64,000 bases of DNA from Emiliania huxleyi CCMP1516 (Eukaryota). The translations under genes were made by a program, and so were the position numbers. The stretch spans positions 620,001 through 684,000 of the forward strand of contig NW_005202427.1 of NCBI RefSeq assembly GCF_000372725.1. The letters run 5' to 3'. Shown in pieces: positions 46,015 to 57,646 of this stretch. Below the pieces are notes generated by a model. The model saw only the letters and a program-made list of their open reading frames with translations. It searched no databases and had not been told where the DNA came from. Positions within the stretch are counted from its first letter, which is position 1, and every line of letters starts with the position of its first letter.

Positions 46015-48993
46015 ATGCTGGCACGCACGTCTCGCGGCATGTTGCGCTCAGCGCACGTTCCGTGGAGACACGCACGCGGCGACGCCCTCCCCAACGTTGA
46101 GGTACGCAGCGGAGCACACTCTCCCCCCACTTGCCTGAGCATACACTCCGACGACCGCGCGCAAGTGTGTGCCAGGTGAACGCTGCGTCGTGGGCTCGGG
46201 CGACAGCCAGGCGCCTCTCGACCGCCTCCCCGCGGCCGGTCCTGCAGTCAGCGCGCGTGACGGACGTCGCCGCGCCGCAAGACCTCAAGGGGAAGGCGGC
46301 GCTGCAGGAGGAGGGCAGTGTTCTGCTGACGGAGCGTGAGCTCCAGTATCGGGCGCTGCAGCCGCCGAAGGGTGGGGTGGAGGCGGACCTGCGCGGGCTC
46401 ATGGCTTCGAGCGACGAGCCGCTCTCGCACACGGCCGCCGACGCCGGGAAGATCTTCTCGCTCGAGCGCAGCTCCGCCTTTGCCAGCCTCTTCTTCCACA
46501 CCGGCTTGTGCGGCAAGGGACGGCAGGAGCAGGCGGCCAAGACGGCGGCGGCGCTGGTGCGGCCCGAAGTCCTCGAGCTGCGCGACGAGCTGCTCTGGCG
46601 CGCCGCGCGCCCCGCCGACGCGCAGCACAGCCTGCGCGACTCGTCCGGCCTCGTGCTGGTCGGCGAGAGGGGGCACGGCAAGTCGTGGGCGCTCAACTAT
46701 GCGGCTGCGGCGTGCGAGGCTGCGGGCTGGCTGGTGGTGCTCGCGCCTTGGGCAGCCGACTGGACGATGGGCGTGGGAGCGCGCTCGGCGCAGGTCCGCC
46801 AGACGCGCGGGCCTTGTGAGACGCGCGCGCAGCGCAGTGCTGAGGGGAGCGCAGTGCCGAGAGGAGCGCAGTGCCGAGAGGAGCGCAGTGCCGAGAGGAG
46901 CGCAGTGCAGAGAGGAGCGCAGTAAAGAGAGGAGCGCAGTGCAGAGAGGAGCGCAGTGCTGAGAGGAGCGCAGTGCTGAGAGGAGCGCAGTGCTGAGAGG
47001 AGCGCAGTGCTGAGAGGAGCGCAGTGCTGAGAGGAGCGCAGTGCTGAGAGGAGCGCAGTGCCGAGAGGAGCGCAGTGCCGAGAGGAGCGCAGTGCAGAGA
47101 GGAGCGCAGTGCCGAGAGGAGCGCAGTGCAGAGAGGAGCGCAGTGCAGAGAGGAGCGCAGTGCTGAGAGGAGCGCAGTGCTGAGAGGAGCGCAGTGCAGA
47201 GAGGAGCGCAGTGCAGAGAGGAGCGCAGTGCAGAGAGGAGCGCAGTGCCGAGAGGAGCGCAGTGCTGAGAGGAGCGCAGTGCTGAGAGGAGCGCAGTGCT
47301 GAGAGGAGCGCAGTGCTGAGAGGAGCGCAGTGCAGAGAGGAGCGCAGTGCAGAGAGGAGCGCAGTGCTGAGAGGAGCGCAGTGCTGAGAGGAGCGCAGTG
47401 CTGAGAGGAGTGCAGTGCTGAGAGGAGCGCAGTGCTGAGAGGAGCGCAGTGCAGAGAGGAGCGCAGTGCAGAGAGGAGCGCAGTGCTGAGAGGAGCGCCT
47501 CCCCCCCTCTGCTTGTGCCTGCAGGAGGCCAACGAGGCGTACCGGGTGGGGGACAGCGACTACTTCAAGGCGGTGCCGCCCGAGCTCGCAGGCTCGGACT
47601 TGTACGAGTCGCCCGACGCCTCGGCGCTGCTGCTGCAGTCGGTCTACTTTTCGCAGCGCGGGAAGCTCGAGCGCATCACCATCAAGGAGAGAGCCGAGCC
47701 CCCGCCGCCTCAACCCTGCACCCTTCCCCCCCCAACCTACCGAGGTGCATCCCTGTCCAGGGCGAGGAGAGGCGAAAGGCGTACGCGCACCTCGCGGCGG
47801 GGCGCGAGCCCACGCTGGCCGACATGCTGCTGCCGAGCGTCCGCGGCGAGGGGGACGCCTTCACCGACTTCCCGGTGCCGCTCCGGCCGGTGCACGACTT
47901 GCTGCAGGAGCTGAAGCTCGTCACGGAGATGCCGGCGCCTCCGCCCCCCGCGTGCAGAGCCATACTGCTGCACGGCGAGCGGCGGAGACAAAATGCACCG
48001 CCTAACAAATAAAAATTCCATAGGCGAGTGTCGACTTATATCTAGCTCACTCTAAAATCTATGGGACACCAAGTACACTGAACTTACCCTCGAAGACCCA
48101 AACGTAGAGNNNNNNNNNNNNNNNNNNNNNNNNNNNNNNNNNNNNNNNNNNNNNNNNNNNNNNNNNNNNNNNNNNNNNNNNNNNNNNNNNNNNNNNNNNN
48201 NNNNNNNNNCGGGAGCAGGTGCTGTTCGCGGTCGACGGGTGGCAGCTGTGGGGCGAGATGGCAACCTCGCGCAATTGGGGCTCGAGCCGCGGCGCTGCAC
48301 GCCTGGCAGCTCCTGGGGCCGTCCCTGCTCGGGTCGCTGGAGTGAGCACGCCCCCGCGCGGACACTTGCCGGGGGCAAGCACCCGGGCCCCCACCCCCAA
48401 CCCGCCGCTGCTGGGATCGCCGCCGGGAGGCCGCCGCCTCAACCACCTTGCGCCTACACCCCCCCCCCCCTCTTCCCTTTCCCCCTTCGGGCTGCAGGTT
48501 TGGCGCCTCGATGGCCAACGGGATGATGCTCTGCGCCGTCTCGCACTCGCCGCCCCACCCGCCCCTCACGCCGCGCCGGCAGAGAAAGCACTTCCCGCCG
48601 CCGCTCGACTACTCGCGCCCGCGCGCGCTGCACGGGCCCCTCCGCTCCGCCCTCCGCCGCGTCGGGCCGTACTCGTCCTCCGAGCTGCGCGCCGTGCTGA
48701 GCCTGTGCGCACAGCACCGAGGGGGAGAGGCCGCCCTCCCGCCTCCCGCGCACCCGCGCGCGCCCGCGCACCGCACCCGCGCAGGTACGCGCACGTTGGC
48801 TTGCTGCGCAACCGCGGCCTGCAGTCGCAGCTCGACTCGGGCGCGAGACGCTCTCAGTGCCTCGGCTGGCGCAGCCCATCGACTCGTCCACGACACGTCC
48901 GAGACGCGTCCTGTAGGTGAGCTCACGCGCAAGGTGATGCTCCTCACTGGCGGAGCGGGCGACGACGTGTTCAAGCTGGTGCACAGCTTGTGA
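46015..48993 (+). CDS. DAP3: Mitochondrial small ribosomal subunit protein mS29 (DAP3), multi-exon, spans a gap
   Basis: Arg-rich presequence; P-loop LVGERGHGKSWAL...GWLVV; LLQELKLVTEMP and VLFAVDGW (Walker B). Confidence 0.75.
46830..47498 (+). repeat. Intronic 17-bp minisatellite (GAGAGGAGCGCAGTGC[T/C/A]), about 39 copies
   Basis: Directly visible; head-to-tail units without spacers. Confidence 0.95.
48110..48209. other. Assembly gap (100 N)
   Basis: Run of N. Confidence 1.
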
Positions 48994-49379
48994 GGGCGCG
49001 AGGGGGGGGGAGTGTGAATGTGCGCCGTGTCCCATGCTTAGTCCCATTATTGGCGTGGCAGCCCACGCCCAGCACTCAGCCACTCTGCCCCTGCTGCCCA
49101 TTGTGTGTCCTGGGGGCGCGCGCGGCAGCCGCAGGGCCAGGCGCGGAGCAGGACAAGATCAAGCAAAGGAAACGCCCTGTGTTTATCTTGTGTAGCTTGC
49201 GCGCGCGATGGCCGGCTGCGGCGATGGCCGAGAAAAAAAGTGACCCGATACGTTTCGTGCCTCCGAGACGGTTCCTCCCATCTGGGGATGCAGCACAGGT
49301 CCGGGCCAAGCTCGGTTCAAATGAAATCAGCCCGTTGCATATGCAGGCCGTCGTCGAGGGAATACGCGGTGCCGTCGGA

Positions 49380-49830
49380 CCGTGACGTCGATCCGTTTGC
49401 GCTGCCAGCCCACGCCGACTTCGGACGCTGGCCCTTGGCCCGTTCCCCACGACTTTGATGATGCTGCGGCGCACCCGCGAGCGCGAGTGCAGATGGTGGG
49501 GCCGGGGAGCGGCGTGACAAAGCAATTCCTGAGCAACAGGGAGGAAATCCTAAGCAGCATGGGGGCGGCCCTGTTCCAGGGAGAGGGGCAGCGGGAGAGA
49601 CGCGCACGGGTGAAGACGCTCTTCGCCTCGATCGACATGGACGGGAATGTGGCGACGTGGGCGGAGAGGTGGGGGTTGGACAAGGACAAACTGAAGCAGA
49701 CAAGGGTAGAGGGCGGAGGCTCCTTTGACTTTGGGGCGTACCTTCAGGCGCAAGCAGAGGGCACGCTCTGGCTGAGCAATAGCCTGGAGGAGAGGACGGG
49801 AATGACCCGCTTTGTCACGGATTGGCACCT
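49380..49830 (+). pseudogene. Degenerate coding fragment, possibly PolA-related (TV-Pol-like) from a mobile element
   Basis: HDFDDAAAHPRARVQM...FLSNREEILSSM...RARVKTLFASIDMDG; frameshifted upstream. Confidence 0.3.
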
Positions 49831-49876
49831 CGATCGAGGTGCGCTATGCGCGCCGCATGGAGTACGACGCCACTGG

Positions 49877-51484
49877 TCAGTGGCCGGTCTTGTGGTAGTG
49901 GAGGAAAGCCACGCGGTGATTGCCCAGCGGCAGCGTGGGGGCGACAGCCCCCCCGGTGCGCCGTTCGGCTACGAGAGGGGGATGGCCGATTGGCGGCAGC
50001 CGTGCTATACCTACAGGTGCGGCGCGCGCAACGGACCACAGCCCCAGCGCGTGGGCAAACAGCCTCGCGTCGTAGCGGGTCCGCTCCGCCACAATCGTGG
50101 CGCAGTCCAGCCCCTTGGCGGTACACTCTTCCTGCACGACCTTGGACTCGTTTGCAGGCGTGCCGCCCACCCGGCCGTGCGCGGGCGCAACGTGGCCAAT
50201 CCGGACGAATGGCAGCCCGAGCTCCTGCAGCAGCCGCTCCATGCAGGGCGCGAGCTCCTCCGTCGTGCACACTAGATCGAAGCGCCGCACGACATCGAGC
50301 GTGCGGTTGAACTCCGCCTCGCCGAAGTGGCGGTACCGCTTGCCCATTGGTTCCTTATTTCCCATCATGAAGCGGTCAAAGTCGCCGTGCAGCAGCTGGT
50401 TAGACTGCATGTTGTACGGAAGCCAGTAGTCGATGGTGCGGTTGAATCTGCCGAAGGATGGCTTGCCGCCCCACATCCAAGCCGAGAGTGAGTGCGAGAA
50501 GGGCGACCGCACAAGTGTTGTCAAGAAGACCCTCGCCGACGGCAGGAACCTTAGTTCCGTGATGCGAGGCAGCTCCTGGCTCACCCAGCCCGTGCACGCT
50601 TCGTGCAGCTCGAACACCAATGCCCGTGGCGAAGCCGGGCGTGGCAGCGACGCGTTGTGCGCTCTTTCCAGCGCCTCGTCCACATGGCCCCAGTCAATCT
50701 TGCAGGACCAGGAGCCGAGCCCTCTCCGCGCGATGGCATCCCCGCGTTTGTGAAGCGAAGCCATGATGCCGCGCACAGTCGTGCCTCCAGTCTTATGCAC
50801 GTGTCGATGGAACCACAAGGGGACCTGCGACCGTTCGTTGGCCAGTGGCAGCATCGGCTGTATTCGGCCCCGATCACCCAAGGCCTTGCCTCGCGAGCCT
50901 CTGCGTGTGTACTCGTAAGGTGTTCGCTTTACTCGGATCGGCGGCAGTCGAGGATGCAGCTTCATTGGTGCGAGGCTGGCGGGTGGCGTAGACTCTCCAC
51001 CAGCTGCGGCGAGGACAGCGAGGCTGGCGGGCTGCGTACTGGCGGGGGGCGCAGCGTCGCCACCAGCTGCGGCGAGGACAGCGGCACTGCCGTGATGCTC
51101 AACGCCGTCGCCCCGGATGTAGTTGCTGCTGCCCCGCAGGATGCAGGCCACGTCCGCCCGTGATTCGCACACCCGACCCGTACGCACAATAGCGGGCATG
51201 CAGCACTGGCGTGGCCCGCCGGGCCGACTGGAGCAGCCGCGTCCGCCGCACAGCCCGCACGCAGCGCTGCAGCAGACCTTGCGGCTTGGGTCCTGGACGC
51301 CGGCCGAGCAGTCGGCGAATCGACGAGAGGAGGCCGTGTGCTCCACGGGGCTGACGGTGAGGTTGAGATGGTGGTGGAAGACCAGGCGGTGCGCCTCGGC
51401 CGACGGCGAGAAGGACGAAAACATCTCGGGCGGGTCGATGGCGAGGACACAAAGCGCGATATGCAGGCCACCGGCCATCGTCAT
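49877..51484 (-). CDS. Secretory-pathway sulfotransferase with N-terminal Cys-rich module; C-terminus appears truncated
   Basis: Hydrophobic N-terminus, CC...CG.CGG.GC..RPGG...CC module, 5'PSB HVHKTGGTTVR, 3'PB TLVRSPFSHSLSAW. Confidence 0.8.
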   Translation of the reverse strand: MTMAGGLHIALCVLAIDPPEMFSSFSPSAEAHRLVFHHHLNLTVSPVEHTASSRRFADCSAGVQDPSRKVCCSAACGLCGGRGCSSRPGGPRQCCMPAIVRTGRVCESRADVACILRGSSNYIRGDGVEHHGSAAVLAAAGGDAAPPASTQPASLAVLAAAGGESTPPASLAPMKLHPRLPPIRVKRTPYEYTRRGSRGKALGDRGRIQPMLPLANERSQVPLWFHRHVHKTGGTTVRGIMASLHKRGDAIARRGLGSWSCKIDWGHVDEALERAHNASLPRPASPRALVFELHEACTGWVSQELPRITELRFLPSARVFLTTLVRSPFSHSLSAWMWGGKPSFGRFNRTIDYWLPYNMQSNQLLHGDFDRFMMGNKEPMGKRYRHFGEAEFNRTLDVVRRFDLVCTTEELAPCMERLLQELGLPFVRIGHVAPAHGRVGGTPANESKVVQEECTAKGLDCATIVAERTRYDARLFAHALGLWSVARAAPVGIARLPPIGHPPLVAERRTGGAVAPTLPLGNHRVAFLHYHKTGH

Positions 51485-52845
51485 AGAGCGCACGGGCGCG
51501 ATAGCTGTGGTTGGGCGAGCTCAGCCGAACTATCTGGGCCGGTGCGGGTCTACTGGCTCCGCACGCGCACTGCGGAACAGGGCAAAAACGGCGACGCGCC
51601 CCAATTGATATCGACGGGCGCCTCAAAAGAATTTTACAGCGGCTCCCTCAAAAGAATTTCACAATCAGGCTCTCTCACGTGCGATTCCCACAAAAGCACA
51701 ACCCAAGGACGCGGACGACGAGTCGATGCCGGCGGACGACGAGTCGATGCCGCCACCGCCGCCGTCTCCATCGCCACCACCACCCTTGGCCAACACAACC
51801 CTTACCTGCAAGGATCTGGACACCAAGCAGGCCTGCAACAGCGCCGCATCTTGCAAGTGGAGCTGGCGCAAACAGAAGTGCAAGGACGCGGACGACGAGT
51901 CGATGCAGCCACCGTAAAGTGGCGGGTGGGGAGGAGCCACCTTGCAGGCCTGGCGGAGGGGGACATTGGCAGGTGGGCTGGGGGCGGGGGGCTGCCGGGA
52001 GGGCGGAGAATGCTCGAGCCACGGCCACCACCTCCGCCCGAGGAGGCCCTGCCCTCGTCCGTGGTTCCCACCGTGTTGGTTTGTCGGGATATCGGGTTAT
52101 CGTCCTCCTCGACGGTGGCACTCTTCCGCTGAGTAAAAAATCTGAAACGGCGTGCAGCAGAGTCACCGACGAGTCGGTCCGCGTGCCTCCTCGTGTTCCG
52201 TACTTGCCTCACTTTGGCTCGCCTCACTTTGGCTCTCTGAAGCGATGTCTCAATCCTGAATCATCAGATTTTAGATTAGGTTTAGCTATAGCTTTAGGAC
52301 GCTGTCGACCCTCGCTAGGGGAGGGGGGGAGTCTGGGCATACGGGTTGTTCTTGCCCAAAAATGCACCGCGAGCTTGAGAGTCTCCACCCAATAGCGCAC
52401 CTAGTCCTTGTGGCTGAGACTTGGGAGGTATCGAGTGGGAGTTCAAGCAGACGCGCAGGGCGAGACGAAGCAAGGATCAGGACTTTGCGGAGATCACAGG
52501 AGGATGCACGAAGAGATTAGGAGCAGCAGGGACCCGAGGGGCCATGTGGAAGACGGCTAGTGCTAGTCCCCCATTATTGCTGCGGCTCAGGTTGTGGGGC
52601 ATAGCTCGGGTGTAAACGGGGTCTGGGGGGGTAGCCCCAGCGGCCCGTCGCAGGCGCCGCCGGAGGCTGGCCGCCGCCGCAGCAGCCGATTTTTTTGGCG
52701 TTTTCAGCACACTGACAGTGAGATGCCACGCCATGCAATTGCTGCAGCCCGCGCACCGTGTTGATGAGCACGTCTCTACCCAGGTGCGTGCGCACGCGCA
52801 CGCAAAACTCGCGTAGGTCAAGCTCCTTGGTGCGAATTCCTTTTG

Positions 52846-53030
52846 GCACCTCGACACCTTAGACACGCAAAACCCCTTGACAACACTCGACACCCGCTCG
52901 ACACGCTCGACACGCTCGACACGCTCGACACCCCTCGACACCCCTCGACACGGACAAGCATGGTTTCAGCCTCGACAGGCCTCGACAGGCCTCGACAGGC
53001 CTCGACAGGCCTCGACAGGCCTCGACACCT
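52846..53030. repeat. CTCGACA-based 9/10-bp minisatellite (also at 53461-53512)
   Basis: (CTCGACACG)n and (CTCGACAGGC)n are directly visible. Confidence 0.9.
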
Positions 53031-53664
53031 CTACGGCTTTACCTTCTCTGGTAGGACGGGAACGAGATGATAGTAGGGAGTAGAAGAAAGCATCCAAAGA
53101 GGAGCCCTGCGCACGCACGACTCCGCAGGAGAAGCCCCTCCCGCCCGTGCTTGCGCAGCGCAGCCTTCACAGAGAACTGCGGCCGCCAGCGACTGGGCGT
53201 CTCGCTGGCGGACGGGAAGAGGAACACAAAGGGACGTCCGGACGTCCATCCACTGGGATGAGAGTACTGGAGACCTGAGGTCGAATCTGCCGATTCCACA
53301 GCCGCCCACAGGAGCGCCGCCTCAACACGGGGTCTCGGCTCTATCGAGCCATGCTAGCTCCAGCCGCAGCCCCACCCGGCCGCCCGAGGGTGTTCCCGCA
53401 GGCAGAGAAGACCAATCCTGGCGGGCGGAAGTACAGTAACACCGTCTACGGCCCTCCGAGGGCCTCGACAGCAACTCGACACCCTCGACACCGGGCCTCG
53501 ACACCTCGACACCAGGGCTCAGGCAGCGCCGGGGCGCGGCCTGCGGCGCCCATTTTTTGAAATGTCTGCCACTTGCCTAACCTGATCTCAGAATCACTCT
53601 CCGCAATCGGGCAATGTGAACACGATACCGCACCAGCTCCCCGAGACACAGGCTCACGAGAGGT

Positions 53665-55722
53665 TCACCGCCGCCTTCTTCGGACGAGGAAGGCGCAGTG
53701 GTAGCCGTTGTGGTCCTTGGCCGGGTGGTAGCTGTACCAGCAGCGCCTGTCCGCCTCGCTCAGGCCGGGCAGCGCCTCGCCGAGGTGCGCGTCCACGGCA
53801 GCCCACAGCACCCCGCCCTGCTTTTGGTGCGAGCGCTGCGCGACGTGGTGGCCGCTGCCCGTCACGACCCAAACCTCGGCGTGGTGGGAGAGCATCGGAG
53901 GAAGCACCTCCTCCAGCACCGCCGACACCGTGCTTCGCGACTGGAAGTGCAGGTCCACCAGCCCCCCTCCTGCCCCTCCGCCGCCAGCCTCGTCCTCAAA
54001 CAGCAGCGTGAGCGGCCAGACGCTGCCGTCCGGCCTGCGGTGGCAGCGGTTCACGGCGGCGAAGCGCTCCATCGGGTCTGCGATCGCAAAGGCGCTGGCG
54101 CCGGCGCGCGCCGCCAAGTCCACCCACGACTCGGCGGGGATCCGAACCTCCCTCGAGGAGCGGACCACCCTCGGCGGTGCAAGCCGTGGAGGAGGAGGAG
54201 GGAGCCGCGACGCCGGCTCGGACGGCAGCGCGCTCGCCGCCGCGCCGACGCGCCCCGCCCAGGAGCCCGCCGCCGCCACCGCGGCACCCTCCCCGCGCGG
54301 CGGTGACGGCGCGGCCTGTGGCACGGCCTGCGGCGGCGCGGCCTCCGCCTCAAAGGCGCGCCAGCAAGCGTCGCAGTAGAAGAGGCCATCGTCGGGGTCG
54401 ATGGCGCCGGCGGCCGAGTCGCTCGCGCACTCGGCGCAGAGCAGCAGGTCGAGTGGCTGCGCCGGCGGCGGGTCCGCCCCAGCCGCCTCCTTTCCCGCCG
54501 CCTCTGCCACCTCTGCCGCCTCCTCCGCCGCGTCGCCGCGCGGCGGGCTCGGAGGGAGCAGCGCCAGCCGGCTGAGCTCCTCCTCCAGCTCGAGCAGCAC
54601 GAACGCGTCGAGCGCCGCGTACTCGAGCTGCTCCGCCGACAGCGGCCTCGCGGCCCAGTCGGAGCTCTGGCGCGACTTGTCAAGACTCGCTCGCAGCAGC
54701 GCCTCGCATGCGCCGGCCAACCCAACCACCGTCCGGCGCGGCGAGCCGACCGCCCTCGTCGCGGCGCGCTGCAAATCGCGCATGTTCGCGGCGCATTCGG
54801 TGACGCCCGGCAGCGAGGTCTCGAGCCGGCGAAGGTCCTCGCCGGAGGCGAAACCGAGCTTCTCGCTTTCCTCGGCGCGGAGCAGGCGGAGGAGGCAGCG
54901 CCGCAGCTCCGAGCGGCTCTCCTCGGCGCCGGGCGAGGCGAAGGCGGCGACGTCGACGACAAAAGCCTCGCGCGGCGTGGCGAGCTGCAGCAGCTGCAGC
55001 GAGCCGTCGTCGTCGGAAGGGTTCTCGTGGCGGTTGCGCGGCCGCCACTCGCAGTCGAACGCAACAGGCTCTCCCCGAGACACCGCCTCGTCGAGCGCAG
55101 CCGAGAGGGCGGCGATCCCGGCCCCGTCTTGGACAGAGAGGACCCGTGGAGGCCGCTTCGGCGCGCGGAGTGGAGGCGAGGAAAAGGGACGCTCCTCGGC
55201 CGAGGCGGCGCCCCGGCGCGTCTCCGGCGTCCCTTGCTTCTGCGGCGGCCTCACTGACGGCGCGTCCTGCGGCTCCTCCGTCTCCAACAGGTCCTCCTGC
55301 CACACACCGCCCGCGAGCAGCGGCATCCGCCTCTGCCCGCTCGCCGGCGCCGCCAGCTCGCCGCCGACCGGCGCGGCTGCTGCTGCGTGCTTGGCACCGC
55401 CGCCGAGGCTGGCCGCCGCGAGCGTTCCTGCAATAGTGTCGACTGGCGCCGGATGGCGGTATAGGCAGCCGCGGGTTTTACAGGCGCTCCCCCACTCGCA
55501 CGCTAATCGCGCGTACTTGCGGCGCAGCTTGTCCGCCTCTTCGGGCCCGGGATGGATGTTCTGGCACCTTGACCCGAACTCGCACAATCCCGACAGGAAT
55601 GGCTTGCAGACGATCTCGCTCTTCCGCACGGCGCCCTTGGGAGGGTGGCGGTAGATGCAGCCGGGTCTGGTGCAGGCGGCGCCGTACGTGCAGAGCGGCA
55701 GCTGCGGCTTCTTCTTGGGCAT
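53665..55722 (-). CDS. CCCH zinc fingers + DEDDy 3'-5' exonuclease + zinc ribbon + Smr domain protein
   Basis: Three CCCH fingers; VAFDCEW, LLQLAT, SDWAARPLSAEQLEYAALDA; CAEC...CDAC; VDLHFQ...VVTGSGHH. Confidence 0.88.
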   Translation of the reverse strand: MPKKKPQLPLCTYGAACTRPGCIYRHPPKGAVRKSEIVCKPFLSGLCEFGSRCQNIHPGPEEADKLRRKYARLACEWGSACKTRGCLYRHPAPVDTIAGTLAAASLGGGAKHAAAAAPVGGELAAPASGQRRMPLLAGGVWQEDLLETEEPQDAPSVRPPQKQGTPETRRGAASAEERPFSSPPLRAPKRPPRVLSVQDGAGIAALSAALDEAVSRGEPVAFDCEWRPRNRHENPSDDDGSLQLLQLATPREAFVVDVAAFASPGAEESRSELRRCLLRLLRAEESEKLGFASGEDLRRLETSLPGVTECAANMRDLQRAATRAVGSPRRTVVGLAGACEALLRASLDKSRQSSDWAARPLSAEQLEYAALDAFVLLELEEELSRLALLPPSPPRGDAAEEAAEVAEAAGKEAAGADPPPAQPLDLLLCAECASDSAAGAIDPDDGLFYCDACWRAFEAEAAPPQAVPQAAPSPPRGEGAAVAAAGSWAGRVGAAASALPSEPASRLPPPPPRLAPPRVVRSSREVRIPAESWVDLAARAGASAFAIADPMERFAAVNRCHRRPDGSVWPLTLLFEDEAGGGGAGGGLVDLHFQSRSTVSAVLEEVLPPMLSHHAEVWVVTGSGHHVAQRSHQKQGGVLWAAVDAHLGEALPGLSEADRRCWYSYHPAKDHNGYHCAFLVRRRRR

Positions 55723-56354
55723 CGTTGGGCCTGCAGGTTCACAGCCTCACGACAAACGCGCTGGGTTCGGGCTCCTTGCCGTCAGGGTCGAAGTGGCCTA
55801 GTCCGATGCCCAGTGTGCCCAGTGTTGTGCGAGGAAGTTTTGTTGGAAGTGGCTCGAATTTTGCTTAGAAAAAGAATAGGTGCGCACTGGCGCGTGCTAG
55901 CACTATCTATCACAAGCAAACCACCGGAACCGCCTACTGTGCGCCTAAGGCCCTAAGCGACTCCGGTAAGAACGGCAATGCACTAAAGGTTTGTGCACAA
56001 AGCCGCTCTCCCCGCACGCTAGCTCGTTCACCGTCTGCCCACCAAAGCGGTGTGGAGAACGACAGACAGTCGCTGCGGCTTCTTCTTGGGCATTCTTGGG
56101 CCTCAAAACGGCCTTGAACGGCCGCGCCCGATAGCCCTCGCTGTTGACCAAAGGCAAATCACCAAATGCAAAATACCAGCCTCTCTCACAGCACACTGGC
56201 ACGACAAGGGCGCGGCTGGCGCGGACTGGCACACACACCTGCTCACCACCGGAGCCGCCGAGGCGAAGAAATCGCTGTCGGCAACAGAGGACGCTGTGCT
56301 TTTGGCGCCCCATTGCCCCATTGCTTTTGGCGCCCCATTGCCAAAAGCCGGTCC

Positions 56355-56610
56355 CGCCCCACTCGCACGCTATCAGGACAGTGCGTACTTGCTTGCGGCG
56401 CAGCTTGTCCGCCCTTCGGGCCCGGGATGGATGTTCTGGCACCTGGACCCGAACTCGCACAATCCCGACAGGAATGGCTTGCAGACGATCTCGCTCTTCC
56501 GCACGGCGCCCTTGGGAGGGTGGCGGTAGATGCAGCCGGGTCTGGTGCAGGCGGCGCCGTACGTGCAGAGCGGCAGCTGCGGCTTCTTCTTGGGCATCGT
56601 TGGGCCTGCG
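56355..56610 (-). pseudogene. Near-identical duplicate of the 5' end of the CCCH/exonuclease/Smr gene
   Basis: Matches ~55490-55733; frameshifts after about 60 codons. A further ~30-bp copy lies at 56072-56103. Confidence 0.85.
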
Positions 56611-56759
56611 GGCTAGGGCAATGTTGGGCCCGCAGCAGGCTACGAATTCCTTGAAAAAAGAATTCCTGCGCCGACGCAGGCGTCCCGCCTGCCCGCCAGT
56701 TCGACGTTGCGTCGCTGCAGCTGCGGCTGTGCTTAGGGCGCCCCATTGCCCCACACCCC

Positions 56760-57591
56760 ATGCAGATCACGTGCGTCGGCACTGGGGACGACGGCACTAC
56801 GCCGTGCGCGCTGGTCGAGGCGAGCAGCGGCCGCCGCCTGCTCCTCAACGCGTCGGAGGGACTGCAGGCCTGCCGCCTGCCACAGCCAGACAGTGAACCT
56901 CCCGCTCACGCCACAACCAACCGCCCCGCCTGATTCGCAGCGGCTGAGCGCCGAGCGCCGGCTCAAGCTGCACCGAGACCTCGACGCAGTCCTCCTCTCC
57001 TCGCTCGACGCCGCTGCGGTCGCCGGGCTGCCAGGCCTGCTGCTCAGCCTGGCGCACGCTGGTGTGAGGTGCGCCTCTGCCCAGCCATGTGAGCACGCAC
57101 GCGGCCGCGGCCAGCCCAAGCGCGCTTCGCACGCAGGCGGCTCGTCGTCTTTGGTCCGGACGGCGTCCAGGCCTATGTGGCCTCACTGAGCCTCTTTGCG
57201 CGCCTCGAGCCGCTGGTGGTGGAGGCGAACCGGGCGACTGTGCACCGCAGCTTGAGCCACACAGCCACACAGTCAAGTCTCACCTCCACACTCGTCTCGG
57301 GCAGGCGGTCGCGATCGACGGCGGCCTGGCGCTCACGTGGCACGCGGGCGGCGGCGTCGAACTGCGGCTCTGCTCCCTGCCGCTCGACGGGTGGGCTCTC
57401 CCGTTGAGCCCTGCTCTCCCCTGCTCTCCCGCACAAGCCGTGTTGCTCAGCGCTCTCCCTCACCCCTCCAGGTGGCTCGCTGACGTTCCCACCGACACCG
57501 AATCGGTGCCGGCTGCGAAACGTCGCCGCGTCGGCAGCGCCGCCGAGCGCGGCAGCGGCAGCGAGGGCGACGGCGGCCGTGGTGGTAATAG

Positions 57592-57646
<55 letters not shown>

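Noticed and set aside
46830..47498. CRISPR-like array
   Set aside because: Head-to-tail 17-bp units with no unique spacers and no cas genes; intronic minisatellite in a eukaryote.
51700..51917. Small Cys-rich ORF with duplicated DADDESM
   Set aside because: No signal peptide or clear start; probably a fragment, with insufficient support.
57594..57645. (AGC)n tract as a distinct element
   Set aside because: Ordinary trinucleotide repeat encoding poly-Ser in a low-complexity insert of RNase Z.
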